A program made the translations under genes and the position numbers. Positions 34,881-43,900 of a DNA stretch of 64,000 nucleotides are shown here, piece after piece; the stretch's first letter is position 1; every line of letters begins with the position of its first letter. Where the stretch lies: positions 1,722-65,721 of the forward strand of contig DAOUEM010000362.1 in the NCBI GenBank assembly GCA_034430555.1. Direction: 5' to 3'. The notes beneath the pieces are model-generated. The model made no database searches, was not told the DNA's origin, and saw nothing but the letters and a program-made list of their open reading frames with translations. The stretch comes from Anaerolineae bacterium (GTDB lineage Bacteria; Chloroflexota; Anaerolineae; Aggregatilineales; Ch27).

Positions 34881-37103
34881 ATGGCTGAATCGGGCGACAT
34901 CAATTCCATACTGGCGGCGGATTTTGGCAGCGTCAATACGCGCGTCGTGCTGATCGATCTGGTGGACGGCGCCTACCGCCTGGTCGCGCGCAGCGTCACC
35001 CGCACTACGGTGGATGACCCGCTGCGCGACGTGGCCGTCGGCCTGTACCGGGGCGCTTCCCAGATGGCCGAACAGATCGGGCGGCCCCTGGTAGCCGCCA
35101 ACAACGACTCCATCCTCACGCCGGAGGAATCCGATGGCAGCGGCGTGGACGCCGTGCTGGCCACGGCCAGCGTGGGCCGTCCGCTGCGCGTGGTGCTGGT
35201 CGGCCTGATGCCCGATGTCAGCGTGAGCAGCGGCCTGAACGTGCTGGCCGGCTCTTACGTGCAGGTGATCGACAAGCTCTCCCTGGCCGACATCCGCAGC
35301 GAAGAGCAGCAGATTAACGACCTGCTGTCCCGCCAGCCGGACCTGATCTTCATCGTCGGCGGCACGGACGCCGGGGCGGAAGCGTCCATTCTGCGGCTGG
35401 TCGACGTGGTCGGGCAGGCCGTGCAGATGGCCCCCCAGCCGCCGATGGTGCTTTACGCCGGCAATCGCGCCGCGCAGGTGGGCGTCCGCGAGCGGCTGGA
35501 AGGGATATGCACGCTGTTTGTGGCGGATAACGTGCGCCCCAGCCTGATGGACGAGCAGCTCGGCTCTGCCCAGCAAGAATTGGCCGCCGTTTACGACCGG
35601 TTTAAGGTGAACAACCGCTTCGGTTTTGACGAGATCAGCGAGATCAGCGCGATGGGCGTGCTGCCCACCGCCCAGAGTTACACCAACATCGTGCGTTACC
35701 TGGGCGAGATCACGGCGCGCGATCCCAGGGATAAAGGCGCGGCGGCCGTGGGCGTGCTGGCGGTTGACGTGGGCAGCGCCACGACCACCGTGGCCGCTTC
35801 CATCCGCAAGCGCAACACGATCAACATCCGCGCCGACGTGGGGGTGGGGCACAGCGCCGCCGGGGCGCTGGCCGCGACCACGCCCGCCAACGTGCGCCGC
35901 TGGCTCACCTGGGACGCCACCAACGCCGAGATCGCCGATTACGCCTACAACAAAATGCTGCACCCGGCCACCGTCCCCCAGACCGCGCAGGAGCTGGAGC
36001 TGGAATACGCCCTGGCCCGCGAGGCCATCCGGGTGGTGGTCGAGCAGGCGTCGAAGTCCTGGCGGCTGCGCGGCAAGGAGCGTATCCCGGTCCTCAGCCC
36101 ACTGATCGGCGCGGGCACGGTGCTGGCCGGGGCCGCGCACTCCGGCATCGCCGCCCTGATCCTGCTGGATGCCATCCAGCCGGTCGGCGTGACCGAGTTG
36201 TGGCTGGACCCGGCGGGCCTGATCCCGGCGCTGGGCGCGCTGGCTTACCTCAAGCCTTCCTCGGTGGTGCAGATGCTGGACGCGGGCGATCTGGTCATGA
36301 TCGGCTCGGTGGTCTGCGCGGATGGGGGCGTGCGCATCGGGCGCGGCGGCATGAAGGTCACCATCGAGCTGGCCAACGGCGAGGTGATCAAGCGCGGCGT
36401 GGTGGGCGGCTCCCTGTGGACCTACCCGCTGCCGCCGGGGCAGACGGCTAAGGTCGACGTCAGGGTCTCGCGCGGGCTGAGCATCAACGGCCGCTCGCGG
36501 ATCAAGCGGACGCTCAAAGGCGGCGCGGCGGGCCTCATCTTTGATGCACGTGGCCGCCCCCTGGCGCTGCCTCGCCGGGCGGAGGCGCGCGCCGAGTTGT
36601 ACCCGCGCTGGGTGGCCGGCACCAGGGGCCACATTCAACTGCGGGTCTCCGAGGTGGACGAGTCGGCCGTCGACGCCCAGGCGCTGGTCGAAGCGGAAAA
36701 GGCGCCCGAGCCGGACCTGGAAGCCCTCGGCGAGACGGCGGCGGCCCCGGCCCCTAAGCGGCGCGGCTTGTTCGGGCGGCGGCGCGGTACGGTCGAAGCC
36801 GGCCCTGGCGATGGCGACAGTGCCGAACCGGACCTCGATCTCTTTGGCGACCTGGCGGAAGCACCCGCCGAGGACGAAACGCCCGCGCACGCCGCGCCGC
36901 CAGCCGGGGCGAAAGAAAAACCCCGCCGGAGTCGTTTTGGGCGGCGTGGCCGGGCCGAAACAGCCGAGTCAGCCGCCGACGAGCCGGACAGGGACGCGGA
37001 CGAGGAACCGGCGGCGGAACAGCCTTCCGAGATGGATTTGCTGGTGGACGACCTGCGCCTGGACGACGAGCCGAAGAAGCGGCGCGGTCCCTTCCGGAGA
37101 TAA
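34881..37103 (+). CDS. Cluster gene 6: ASKHA-superfamily (GlmL/MutL-like, actin-fold) ATPase with a long charged C-terminal tail
   Basis: Phosphate-1-like 'LAADFGSVNTRVVLIDL' and second-lobe 'VLAVDVGSATTTVA'. The last approximately 170 aa are low-complexity, Arg/Glu/Asp/Pro-rich. Confidence 0.7.
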   Translation: MAESGDINSILAADFGSVNTRVVLIDLVDGAYRLVARSVTRTTVDDPLRDVAVGLYRGASQMAEQIGRPLVAANNDSILTPEESDGSGVDAVLATASVGRPLRVVLVGLMPDVSVSSGLNVLAGSYVQVIDKLSLADIRSEEQQINDLLSRQPDLIFIVGGTDAGAEASILRLVDVVGQAVQMAPQPPMVLYAGNRAAQVGVRERLEGICTLFVADNVRPSLMDEQLGSAQQELAAVYDRFKVNNRFGFDEISEISAMGVLPTAQSYTNIVRYLGEITARDPRDKGAAAVGVLAVDVGSATTTVAASIRKRNTINIRADVGVGHSAAGALAATTPANVRRWLTWDATNAEIADYAYNKMLHPATVPQTAQELELEYALAREAIRVVVEQASKSWRLRGKERIPVLSPLIGAGTVLAGAAHSGIAALILLDAIQPVGVTELWLDPAGLIPALGALAYLKPSSVVQMLDAGDLVMIGSVVCADGGVRIGRGGMKVTIELANGEVIKRGVVGGSLWTYPLPPGQTAKVDVRVSRGLSINGRSRIKRTLKGGAAGLIFDARGRPLALPRRAEARAELYPRWVAGTRGHIQLRVSEVDESAVDAQALVEAEKAPEPDLEALGETAAAPAPKRRGLFGRRRGTVEAGPGDGDSAEPDLDLFGDLAEAPAEDETPAHAAPPAGAKEKPRRSRFGRRGRAETAESAADEPDRDADEEPAAEQPSEMDLLVDDLRLDDEPKKRRGPFRR

Positions 37104-37156
37104 GCGGGCGAGTTTTAGCGCAGCGGCGGCGGGTGGCCGGCTGCTGAGGGTGAGCC

Positions 37157-38236
37157 ATGGCGAATTATTATCCAGACCAATCGACCATCCTGCCGATGTG
37201 CACCATCCGGCGCGAGCGCCTGCTGCCGGAGGACGTGTTCGGCACCGTCACCGTGCGCGAAGGCGAGCACGTCAACGCCATGAATGTCGTGGCGCGCGGC
37301 GTCCGTGCCAACCGCTACGTGATCCTCAACCTGCGCCACCTGCTCGACATGGACGACCCGGACGACATTGAATCCCTGGTGCACGTCGCGCCGGGCGAGG
37401 CCTTCAAGGAAGGGCAGGTCATCGCCGGGGACCAGGAGCACAGCCGCAAATTGGTCCGCGCGCCCGTGAGCGGCATGATGTTGCGCCTGCTGGAAGGCCG
37501 CCTGGTCCTGCAAACCGGCCTCACCGAGGTGTCCGTGCGGGCCGGCTTCAACGGCCAGGTCACGTCGATCCGGGCCAACCGCGGCGTGCTGCTGGAAACG
37601 ACCGGCGCGCTGGTCCAGGGAGTGTGGGGCAACGGCTGCGATCACTTTGGCGTGGTGCAAAAGGAGCCGGAAGGTGGCCTGGCCGCGCTGGAGGTGGACG
37701 AGTTCACCACGGAATGGCGCGGGGCGATCGTGATCACCGGGCGGCCCCTGGTCAAGCTGGCGCTGCACAAGGCGGAGGCCCAGACTATCGGCGGAATCAT
37801 CGCCCCCAGCATGAATGCCGACTTGCGCGAAGTTGCATTACGCCTCAAAATGCCCATAATGCTGACTGAGGGCTTTGGCGATATGCAGATGGGCAGGCTG
37901 GTGTCCGACGTCCTGGAGCAGTATGTCGGGCGTCAGGCCGCCCTCAGCGCCGTCAAGCCGGAACGCGGGCAGGCCAGTCGCCCGGAGGTGATCGTGCCCC
38001 TGCACACCGACGACCGGGTGGCCGCCCCGGCGCGCGACGAGCCGCTGCGGCTGGGATCGGAAGTCCGCCTGACACGGGCTCCTTACCAGGGTATCGTCGG
38101 CAAGGTGGCGAGCCTGCCCAGGACGCCCCAGGTGATCGAGAATGGGCTGCGCCTGCCGGTGGCGATGGTCAACCTGCCCAGCGGGCGTACGGTGACGGTC
38201 CCGCTGGTGAACCTGGAGATGTTTGGACGGGGTTAG
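37157..38236 (+). CDS. Cluster gene 7: hypothetical protein with a barrel-sandwich (lipoyl/HlyD-like) N-domain and a KOW/SH3-like C-terminus
   Basis: 'VREGEHVNAMNVVARG...VAPGEAFKEGQVIAG...VRAPVSGMM' resembles barrel-sandwich hybrids. C-terminal 'YQGIVGKVASL'. Assignment by eye only. Confidence 0.6.
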   Translation: MANYYPDQSTILPMCTIRRERLLPEDVFGTVTVREGEHVNAMNVVARGVRANRYVILNLRHLLDMDDPDDIESLVHVAPGEAFKEGQVIAGDQEHSRKLVRAPVSGMMLRLLEGRLVLQTGLTEVSVRAGFNGQVTSIRANRGVLLETTGALVQGVWGNGCDHFGVVQKEPEGGLAALEVDEFTTEWRGAIVITGRPLVKLALHKAEAQTIGGIIAPSMNADLREVALRLKMPIMLTEGFGDMQMGRLVSDVLEQYVGRQAALSAVKPERGQASRPEVIVPLHTDDRVAAPARDEPLRLGSEVRLTRAPYQGIVGKVASLPRTPQVIENGLRLPVAMVNLPSGRTVTVPLVNLEMFGRG

Positions 38237-38311
38237 CCGCCCCGGTTGGTCGAGGGGGAGATCCCCTCAGTAGTTCGGGGGCTGTTCCCCCACACGGTGA
38301 AGGAGATAGCG

Positions 38312-39127
38312 ATGAGCGACGACGATCTGTTTGGCGACAGCAGAGACGACTTTTTTGGGGATGACGATGATTTTGGGGGAGATACCTTCGACGAATTCGA
38401 GAGTTTTGACGACTTCGATCTCGGCGACGAGGAGGTCGACGCCCCGGACTTCGGCGAGGACTTCACCGCGGAGGAAGGTGGTCCTGCCGGTGCGACGCTC
38501 TTCGGCCTGAACCGCACCTTCGTGCTGATCGCCGGCGCGGCGGCCCTGGTGATCTGCGTGGCGGTCGTCGTGCTGGTACTCGTGATCGGGACGGGCGGCC
38601 CGTCCGACGTGGACCTGACCATCACCGCGGTCTACGCGACCAACACCCAGGTGGCCCTCTTCCTGGAGGAAACCGCGACGCAAAACGCGTTGAGCCTGGA
38701 TATGACGGCCACCGCCGATGCCTGGACCGATACGCCCACGCCGGTGCCGTCCGATACGCCCACCATCGCGCCTACCGAAGTGCCGGCCACCAGCACGCCG
38801 CTCTTCGTGACGCCCACCGTAGACCCCAACCAGTCGGGCGGCGGCGGCCTGGAACCCAATGCCGTGGCGCTGACGGCGACCGCGCTGGCCGGCATCCTGG
38901 CCGGGGCGACCGAAGCCGCGCCTCCCGGTGAGTTCCTCACGCCGACGATCGACACCGGCGCCGGCCCGGGGACCGGCGGCCTTACCCCGATCGCCACGCG
39001 GCTGCCCACTACCGGCCTGTTCGACGACATCGGCACGGGCAACGGCGTCAACGGCCTCCTGACGGCGGGGCTGGCCCTGGTCGGGCTGGCGGCGGTGATC
39101 GTGGTGGCGCGGCGCTTGCGGGCTTAA
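38312..39127 (+). CDS. Cluster gene 8: acidic N-tail / TM / Thr-Pro-rich ectodomain / LPXTG-type C-terminal sorting signal
   Basis: GAAGGAG RBS. 'DDLFGDSRDDFFGDDDDFGGD', TM 'FVLIAGAAALVICVAVVVLVLVI', and a C-terminal 'LPTTG' followed by a hydrophobic stretch and 'RRLRA*'. Confidence 0.7.
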   Translation: MSDDDLFGDSRDDFFGDDDDFGGDTFDEFESFDDFDLGDEEVDAPDFGEDFTAEEGGPAGATLFGLNRTFVLIAGAAALVICVAVVVLVLVIGTGGPSDVDLTITAVYATNTQVALFLEETATQNALSLDMTATADAWTDTPTPVPSDTPTIAPTEVPATSTPLFVTPTVDPNQSGGGGLEPNAVALTATALAGILAGATEAAPPGEFLTPTIDTGAGPGTGGLTPIATRLPTTGLFDDIGTGNGVNGLLTAGLALVGLAAVIVVARRLRA

Positions 39128-39221
39128 CCCGGCGGTTCCTGCCGGACGACCCGGCTTCGCCTGCCCGGCCGTCCGTAGACCGTCGCCTCCTGAGCCGTGC
39201 TGCCGTCTAAAAGTGCTTAAC

Positions 39222-39256
39222 AATCGGCCGGATCGATCTGGCATCCGGCCGATTTT
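39222..39256 (+). terminator. Strong intrinsic terminator closing the 8-gene cluster
   Basis: Perfect 12-bp stem aatcggccggat/atccggccgatt, a 9-nt loop, and a T-run (gatttt). Confidence 0.7.
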
Positions 39257-39367
39257 GGCGTATTATTAGGAGAGTGGCTGCACCCAATCTGCTATTCGTT
39301 TTTACCTGGCGGACGCCTGCTGCCGGCCTGGCCAGACGCGCGGCGGCCGCCCTGATCAGACGGAACT

Positions 39368-40753
39368 ATGTCCACTCAAACTGTCAACCTCTACCGTGAG
39401 CATGATCGCCGGTTCGTCCTCGAAATGCTGGCCAGCGGCCAGTGCGTGGCCGTCATCGGTCTGAGCAACTTCGGCAAGTCCGAGCTGCTGCGCGCCCTGG
39501 AAAGCCCTGAGTCCACCCGCGAATACCAGACCATGACCGGCGCCAACGCGCTCTTCGTCTATGTGGACTGCAACCGGATGCTGGAGCTGTCGCCGCGCGG
39601 CTTTTTTGAGGCCACGCTGCGCGCCATCCTGGAAGTCCTGCCGGCGGAAGAAGTCGAGATGCGGGCCGTGGTCGAGGAGCAGTACCAGATCGTCGTGCAG
39701 CCCCCCAATGATTTCGCCGCGCCCCTGGCCTTCAACAATGCCCTGGTGGCGCTGGTCGAAGACGACTCGCGCGCGCCGGGCCGCCGCGTGATCCTGCTGT
39801 TGGACGAGTTCGACGAGGTGCTGACAGGCATCGAGCCGCGCATCCTGTTGAACCTGCGCGCCCTGCGCGATAAATACGACGTCGACCTGAACTACGTGAT
39901 CGCCTCCGTGATCCCGCCCTCCCAGGGACCGCAAAACGAGCACGTGGCCGAGTTCGCGGAGCTGTTCGCCGTGGGTAAGTGTCTCCTCGGCCCGCTGACT
40001 CCGGCGGATACGCGCCTGATGGCCGCCGAGATCTTTACCGCCGCCGATGACGCTGTCGACGAGCCGGAGGCCGCGTATGTGCTGGCCCAGGCAGGCGGCC
40101 ATCCCGGCCTGATCCGGGCGGTGTGCCGCGTGTTACTCCAGGTGGAAAGCGGCGCGCCCCAGTTATACCAGCAGAAAGCCTTCGAGCTGGCCAACGCCGT
40201 CCTCGAGTCCGACCGCCTGACCCTGATCGAGCTATCCCGCCTGTGGGAGCAGCTTGCCCCCCCGCTGCAGCAGGCCGTGGTAGAACTCGCCGCTTCCGGC
40301 CGCGTCTCGGAGGAGGGGCAACGTCAGTTGGCCCAGCGGGGCATCCTGCTCGAGGGTGGGGGCGATGGGTCGCCGCGTCTTTTTGGGGAACTGTTCGCCC
40401 GCTTCGCCCGCCGTAAAGCGCTGGCCCGGCACGGCATCCCGCAGGGCGTGTGGGTGGATACCGACGCCGGCGAAGTCTGGGTGGACGGCGTGTCCGTTTC
40501 CACCCTCACCGAGCTGGAATACCGCCTGCTGCTGCTGCTGTACGGCCGGCTGGAAAAGATTTGCGACAAGTACCAGCTGGTGGAAGCGGTGTGGGGCCAG
40601 GAGTACATCGACGAAGTGGACGACGCACGGGTGGAAAAGCTGGTCAGCCGGCTGCGCGCCAAGCTGGAGGAGCACGAGGATGCTGCGCGTTACCTGGTGA
40701 CCGTGCGTGGACGCGGCTACAAGCTCTCCAGCGCCCCGGAGCCGGTGACTTGA
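39368..40753 (+). CDS. P-loop NTPase (AAA/STAND-like) fused to a C-terminal OmpR/PhoB-type winged-helix DNA-binding domain
   Basis: Walker A 'GLSNFGKS' and Walker B 'ILLLDEFD'. C-terminal 'LTELEYRLLLLLYG.....C....LVEAVWG.......D.ARVEKLVSRLRAKLE......YLVTVRGRGYKL'. Confidence 0.8.
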   Translation: MSTQTVNLYREHDRRFVLEMLASGQCVAVIGLSNFGKSELLRALESPESTREYQTMTGANALFVYVDCNRMLELSPRGFFEATLRAILEVLPAEEVEMRAVVEEQYQIVVQPPNDFAAPLAFNNALVALVEDDSRAPGRRVILLLDEFDEVLTGIEPRILLNLRALRDKYDVDLNYVIASVIPPSQGPQNEHVAEFAELFAVGKCLLGPLTPADTRLMAAEIFTAADDAVDEPEAAYVLAQAGGHPGLIRAVCRVLLQVESGAPQLYQQKAFELANAVLESDRLTLIELSRLWEQLAPPLQQAVVELAASGRVSEEGQRQLAQRGILLEGGGDGSPRLFGELFARFARRKALARHGIPQGVWVDTDAGEVWVDGVSVSTLTELEYRLLLLLYGRLEKICDKYQLVEAVWGQEYIDEVDDARVEKLVSRLRAKLEEHEDAARYLVTVRGRGYKLSSAPEPVT

Positions 40754-40956
40754 GTCTGGTCGGCGGTGCTCGCTCCCAAGCACATAAATTGTGACATACT
40801 TGATGAAGTGTCTGGGCCTGATGCTGGCCTGATAAACGACTGTTCGGGCGGTTCTGCCGCCGCTGCCCGGTCCGCCGGGACCGTGACCCACCAGCCCGAA
40901 TCGGCGGCTGCCGCGCTGGTGTCCGCCGGTTAAGCCGTTTGAACTCGAGACCATCC

Positions 40957-43900
40957 ATGACCCTGCGCAAACGAACGCTGCTCTACGCCGCCGTCATCCT
41001 GGCCAGCCTGACCCTGGTCCTGGGGCTGATCGCGTACGGGCTGATCTGGGACCTGCTTGGCCGTTGGGAGCAGGAATCGGTCCGCCGCTACCTAGAGAGC
41101 GCCGAGGCGGCGTTGGCGGTTCGGTTGACCGCCCTCAGCACGATCGCCCTCGATTGGGCGCACTGGGATGACACCTACGCCTTTATCGTCGACGGCGACC
41201 AGGCCTATATCGATTCCAATTATTACGACAGCACTTTCACCGACCTGGGAATAAGCCTGGCGGCGCTGTACGATGAGCGGGGCGGGCTGGTGTATGGCAA
41301 GGTCGTGGACCTGGCGACCGGTCATGAAGTGCCGCTGCCGGGGCCGCTGGCGGTCGATCTGCCACCGGACAGTCCCCTGCTGGACCACCCGGACTCGGTC
41401 GGCGGCGTTTCCGGCTTTTTCGTCCTGCCGGAGGGGCCGGTGCTGGTATCTTCCCAGGTGATTCTGCCCAGCACCGAGGATGATGTGCCGCGCGGCACGC
41501 TGGTCATGGGGTTGGAACCGGAGGCCGTCGATTGGGCGGGCCTGCCGGAAACGGCCCGGCTGTCGCTGCTGGCCGCCGAAACAGTCGCGCCGGACGTGCT
41601 GCGCGCGGCAGAACAGGCCCTGACGGGGGGCGATCCGGCCGTCGTGCGCCCCCTCAATGAGCAAGCTATCGCCGGGTACCGGCTGCTGGCGGACGTGAGC
41701 GGCGACCCTGCCGTGCTGCTTTACATCGAGCTGCCGCGTGAGATCGGCGCCCAGGCGCTGGTCGGCTTCGCGCTGGTTTTCCTCTGGCTGCTGCTGATCG
41801 ACCTGTTGCTGGGTGGGGCGCTGTTCTTTATGGTGGAACGGCTGGTGTTGGGCCGGGTGACCGCGCTGGACCGCGACCTGGCCCGGATTGCCGCCGGCGG
41901 AGAGCGCGCCGGGCGCGTGACGGCGACGGGCGGCGACGAGCTGGCCCGCCTGGCCGCCATGATCAATCACACCCTGGACTCGCTGGCCCGGTCGCACGAG
42001 GCCGTTCGCGCCAATGAAAACCGGCTCACCTCGGTCCTTGGCTCGGCCATCAATGCCATCATCATCACCGATGAGGCCCTGACCATCCTTATGTTTAACC
42101 GGGCGGCGGAGCGGATGTTCGGCTGCCCGGCGGCGGAGGCGGTGGGCCGCCCGCTGGGTGATTTGATGCCGGAGCGCCTGCGCGACTTGCAGTTGGCTTA
42201 CATCCGCGAGGCGGGCGCTTCTCCGCCAGAAGCCGACGCCATGGTCCGCGGGGTGATGGTGCAGGGGCAGCGCCGGGGAGGCGCCATCTTCCCGATGGAG
42301 GCGTCCGTGTCGCGCAGCAGCGTCGACGACCAGGTGATTTACTCCGCCATCATTCGCGATGTCAGCGGCCGGGAGCGGACGCTGGCGGCACTGCAGGAGA
42401 GCGAGGAGCGGTTTCGCATCCTGGTCGAACATGCGCCGGACGCCATCGTGGTGCTGGATGAACACTTGCGGTTCGTGAACGCCAATGAGAATGCGGAACG
42501 CCTCTTCGGCCTGAGCCGGGATGAACTGCTGCACCTGGGGCTGGTGGCGGTCAGCCCACCGGTGCAGGAGGATGGACGATCGTCCGCCGAGGTTGCTGCT
42601 GAGTATTTCCACCTGGCGCTGGCCGGAGAAGCCCCGGTGTTTGAGTGGCTGCATCGGGATGCGGCGGGCCGCGTTATCCGCTGCGAGATTCGCTTGGCCC
42701 GGCTGCCGGCGACCGGGCAGTTGCTGGTGCGGGGCAGCATCATGGATATCTCCGCGCCTAAGCAGTCGGAGCGGCTGCTGCGGGGGCAGCGTGCTTTGCT
42801 GGAGCAGTTGGCCGCCGGCGCCTCGCTGACCGAGGTGCTGACCCGGTTGATCGAGCTGCTCGAGTCGTTTATGGAGGGCGCGAGTGGGGCCGTTTTCCTG
42901 TGTGATAAGCGGACCACCACGTGGGAGGAGGCGATCGCGCCCCGCTTGCCTGCCGCCTTCGTCCAGGCGCTGGCCGCGCTGCCCCGGGCGGCGCTGCCGG
43001 GCGGCGCCGATCCGGAGGAGCCGGTGATCGTGCCGGACCTCGCCGCCGATTCCCGCTGCGATGAGCGGTTCCGCGACCTGGCCGTCGCCAGCGGCCTGCG
43101 CGCCAGCCTGTCCTGTGCCATTAAATCGACGGCGGGCGAGGTGCTGGGCTGGCTCAGCCTGTACTATCTGGAGCCGCATGACCCCGGCGAGCAGGACCTG
43201 AGCCTGGCGGAGATGGCGACCCATATCGCCGGCATCGCCATCGAAAATCGCCGCGCCCAGCAGGCCCTGGCCGAAGAACGGAACCTGCTGCGCACGGTGA
43301 TCGACACCATCCCCGACCTGGTCTACGCCAAGGACCGGGAGAGCCGCTTCATCTTCCACAATGACGCACTCTCGACCATTACCGCCGACGCGCTGGCCGA
43401 GCGCGGCGTGTCGTCCTGGGTCGGCCTGTCCGACTTTGACTTCTCTGCGTCGGAGATGGCCAGGGCGTTATATGAGGAAGAACGGCGGCTGATGGAAACC
43501 GGCGAGCCGGTGCTCGATGCCCAGTCGTCGTACGTCGGCGCGGATGGACAGCTCCATTGGCTGTCGACGACCAAAGTTCCCCTGCGCGATGGCGACGGCC
43601 ATATCATCGGTCTGGTCGGGATTGGCCGGGATGTTACCGACATCCAGGTCGCCCAGCGGGACCTGGCCGCGGAGCGGAACCTGCTGCGCACGGTGATCGA
43701 CGCCATCCCGGACCCGGTGTTCGCCAAGGACCGGGAGAGTCGCTTTATCCTCTACAATCGCATGGTGGGGCGCAATGCCGAAAAACGGCTCATGGAGTTG
43801 GGGTTATCCGGGACGTGGATCGGGCACACCGACTTTGACTTTTATCCCCCGGAAATCGCCCAGCGCTATTACGATGAAGAGCAGCGGGTGATGGCGACGG

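Noticed and set aside
34881-37103. Functional annotation as glutamate mutase accessory protein (GlmL/MutL)
   Set aside because: The ASKHA motifs resemble that family, but no mutase S/E subunits or methylaspartate pathway genes are nearby. The protein is about 280 aa longer than GlmL and has a disordered tail, so only the fold-level call is retained.
38312-39127. Firm sortase-substrate assignment for the LPTTG protein
   Set aside because: The motif, hydrophobic stretch and basic tail are present. However, the spacer after LPTTG is longer than usual, the N-terminus is an acidic cytoplasmic tail plus a signal-anchor rather than a cleavable signal peptide, and no sortase gene is in the window. 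It is reported as 'LPXTG-type' only.
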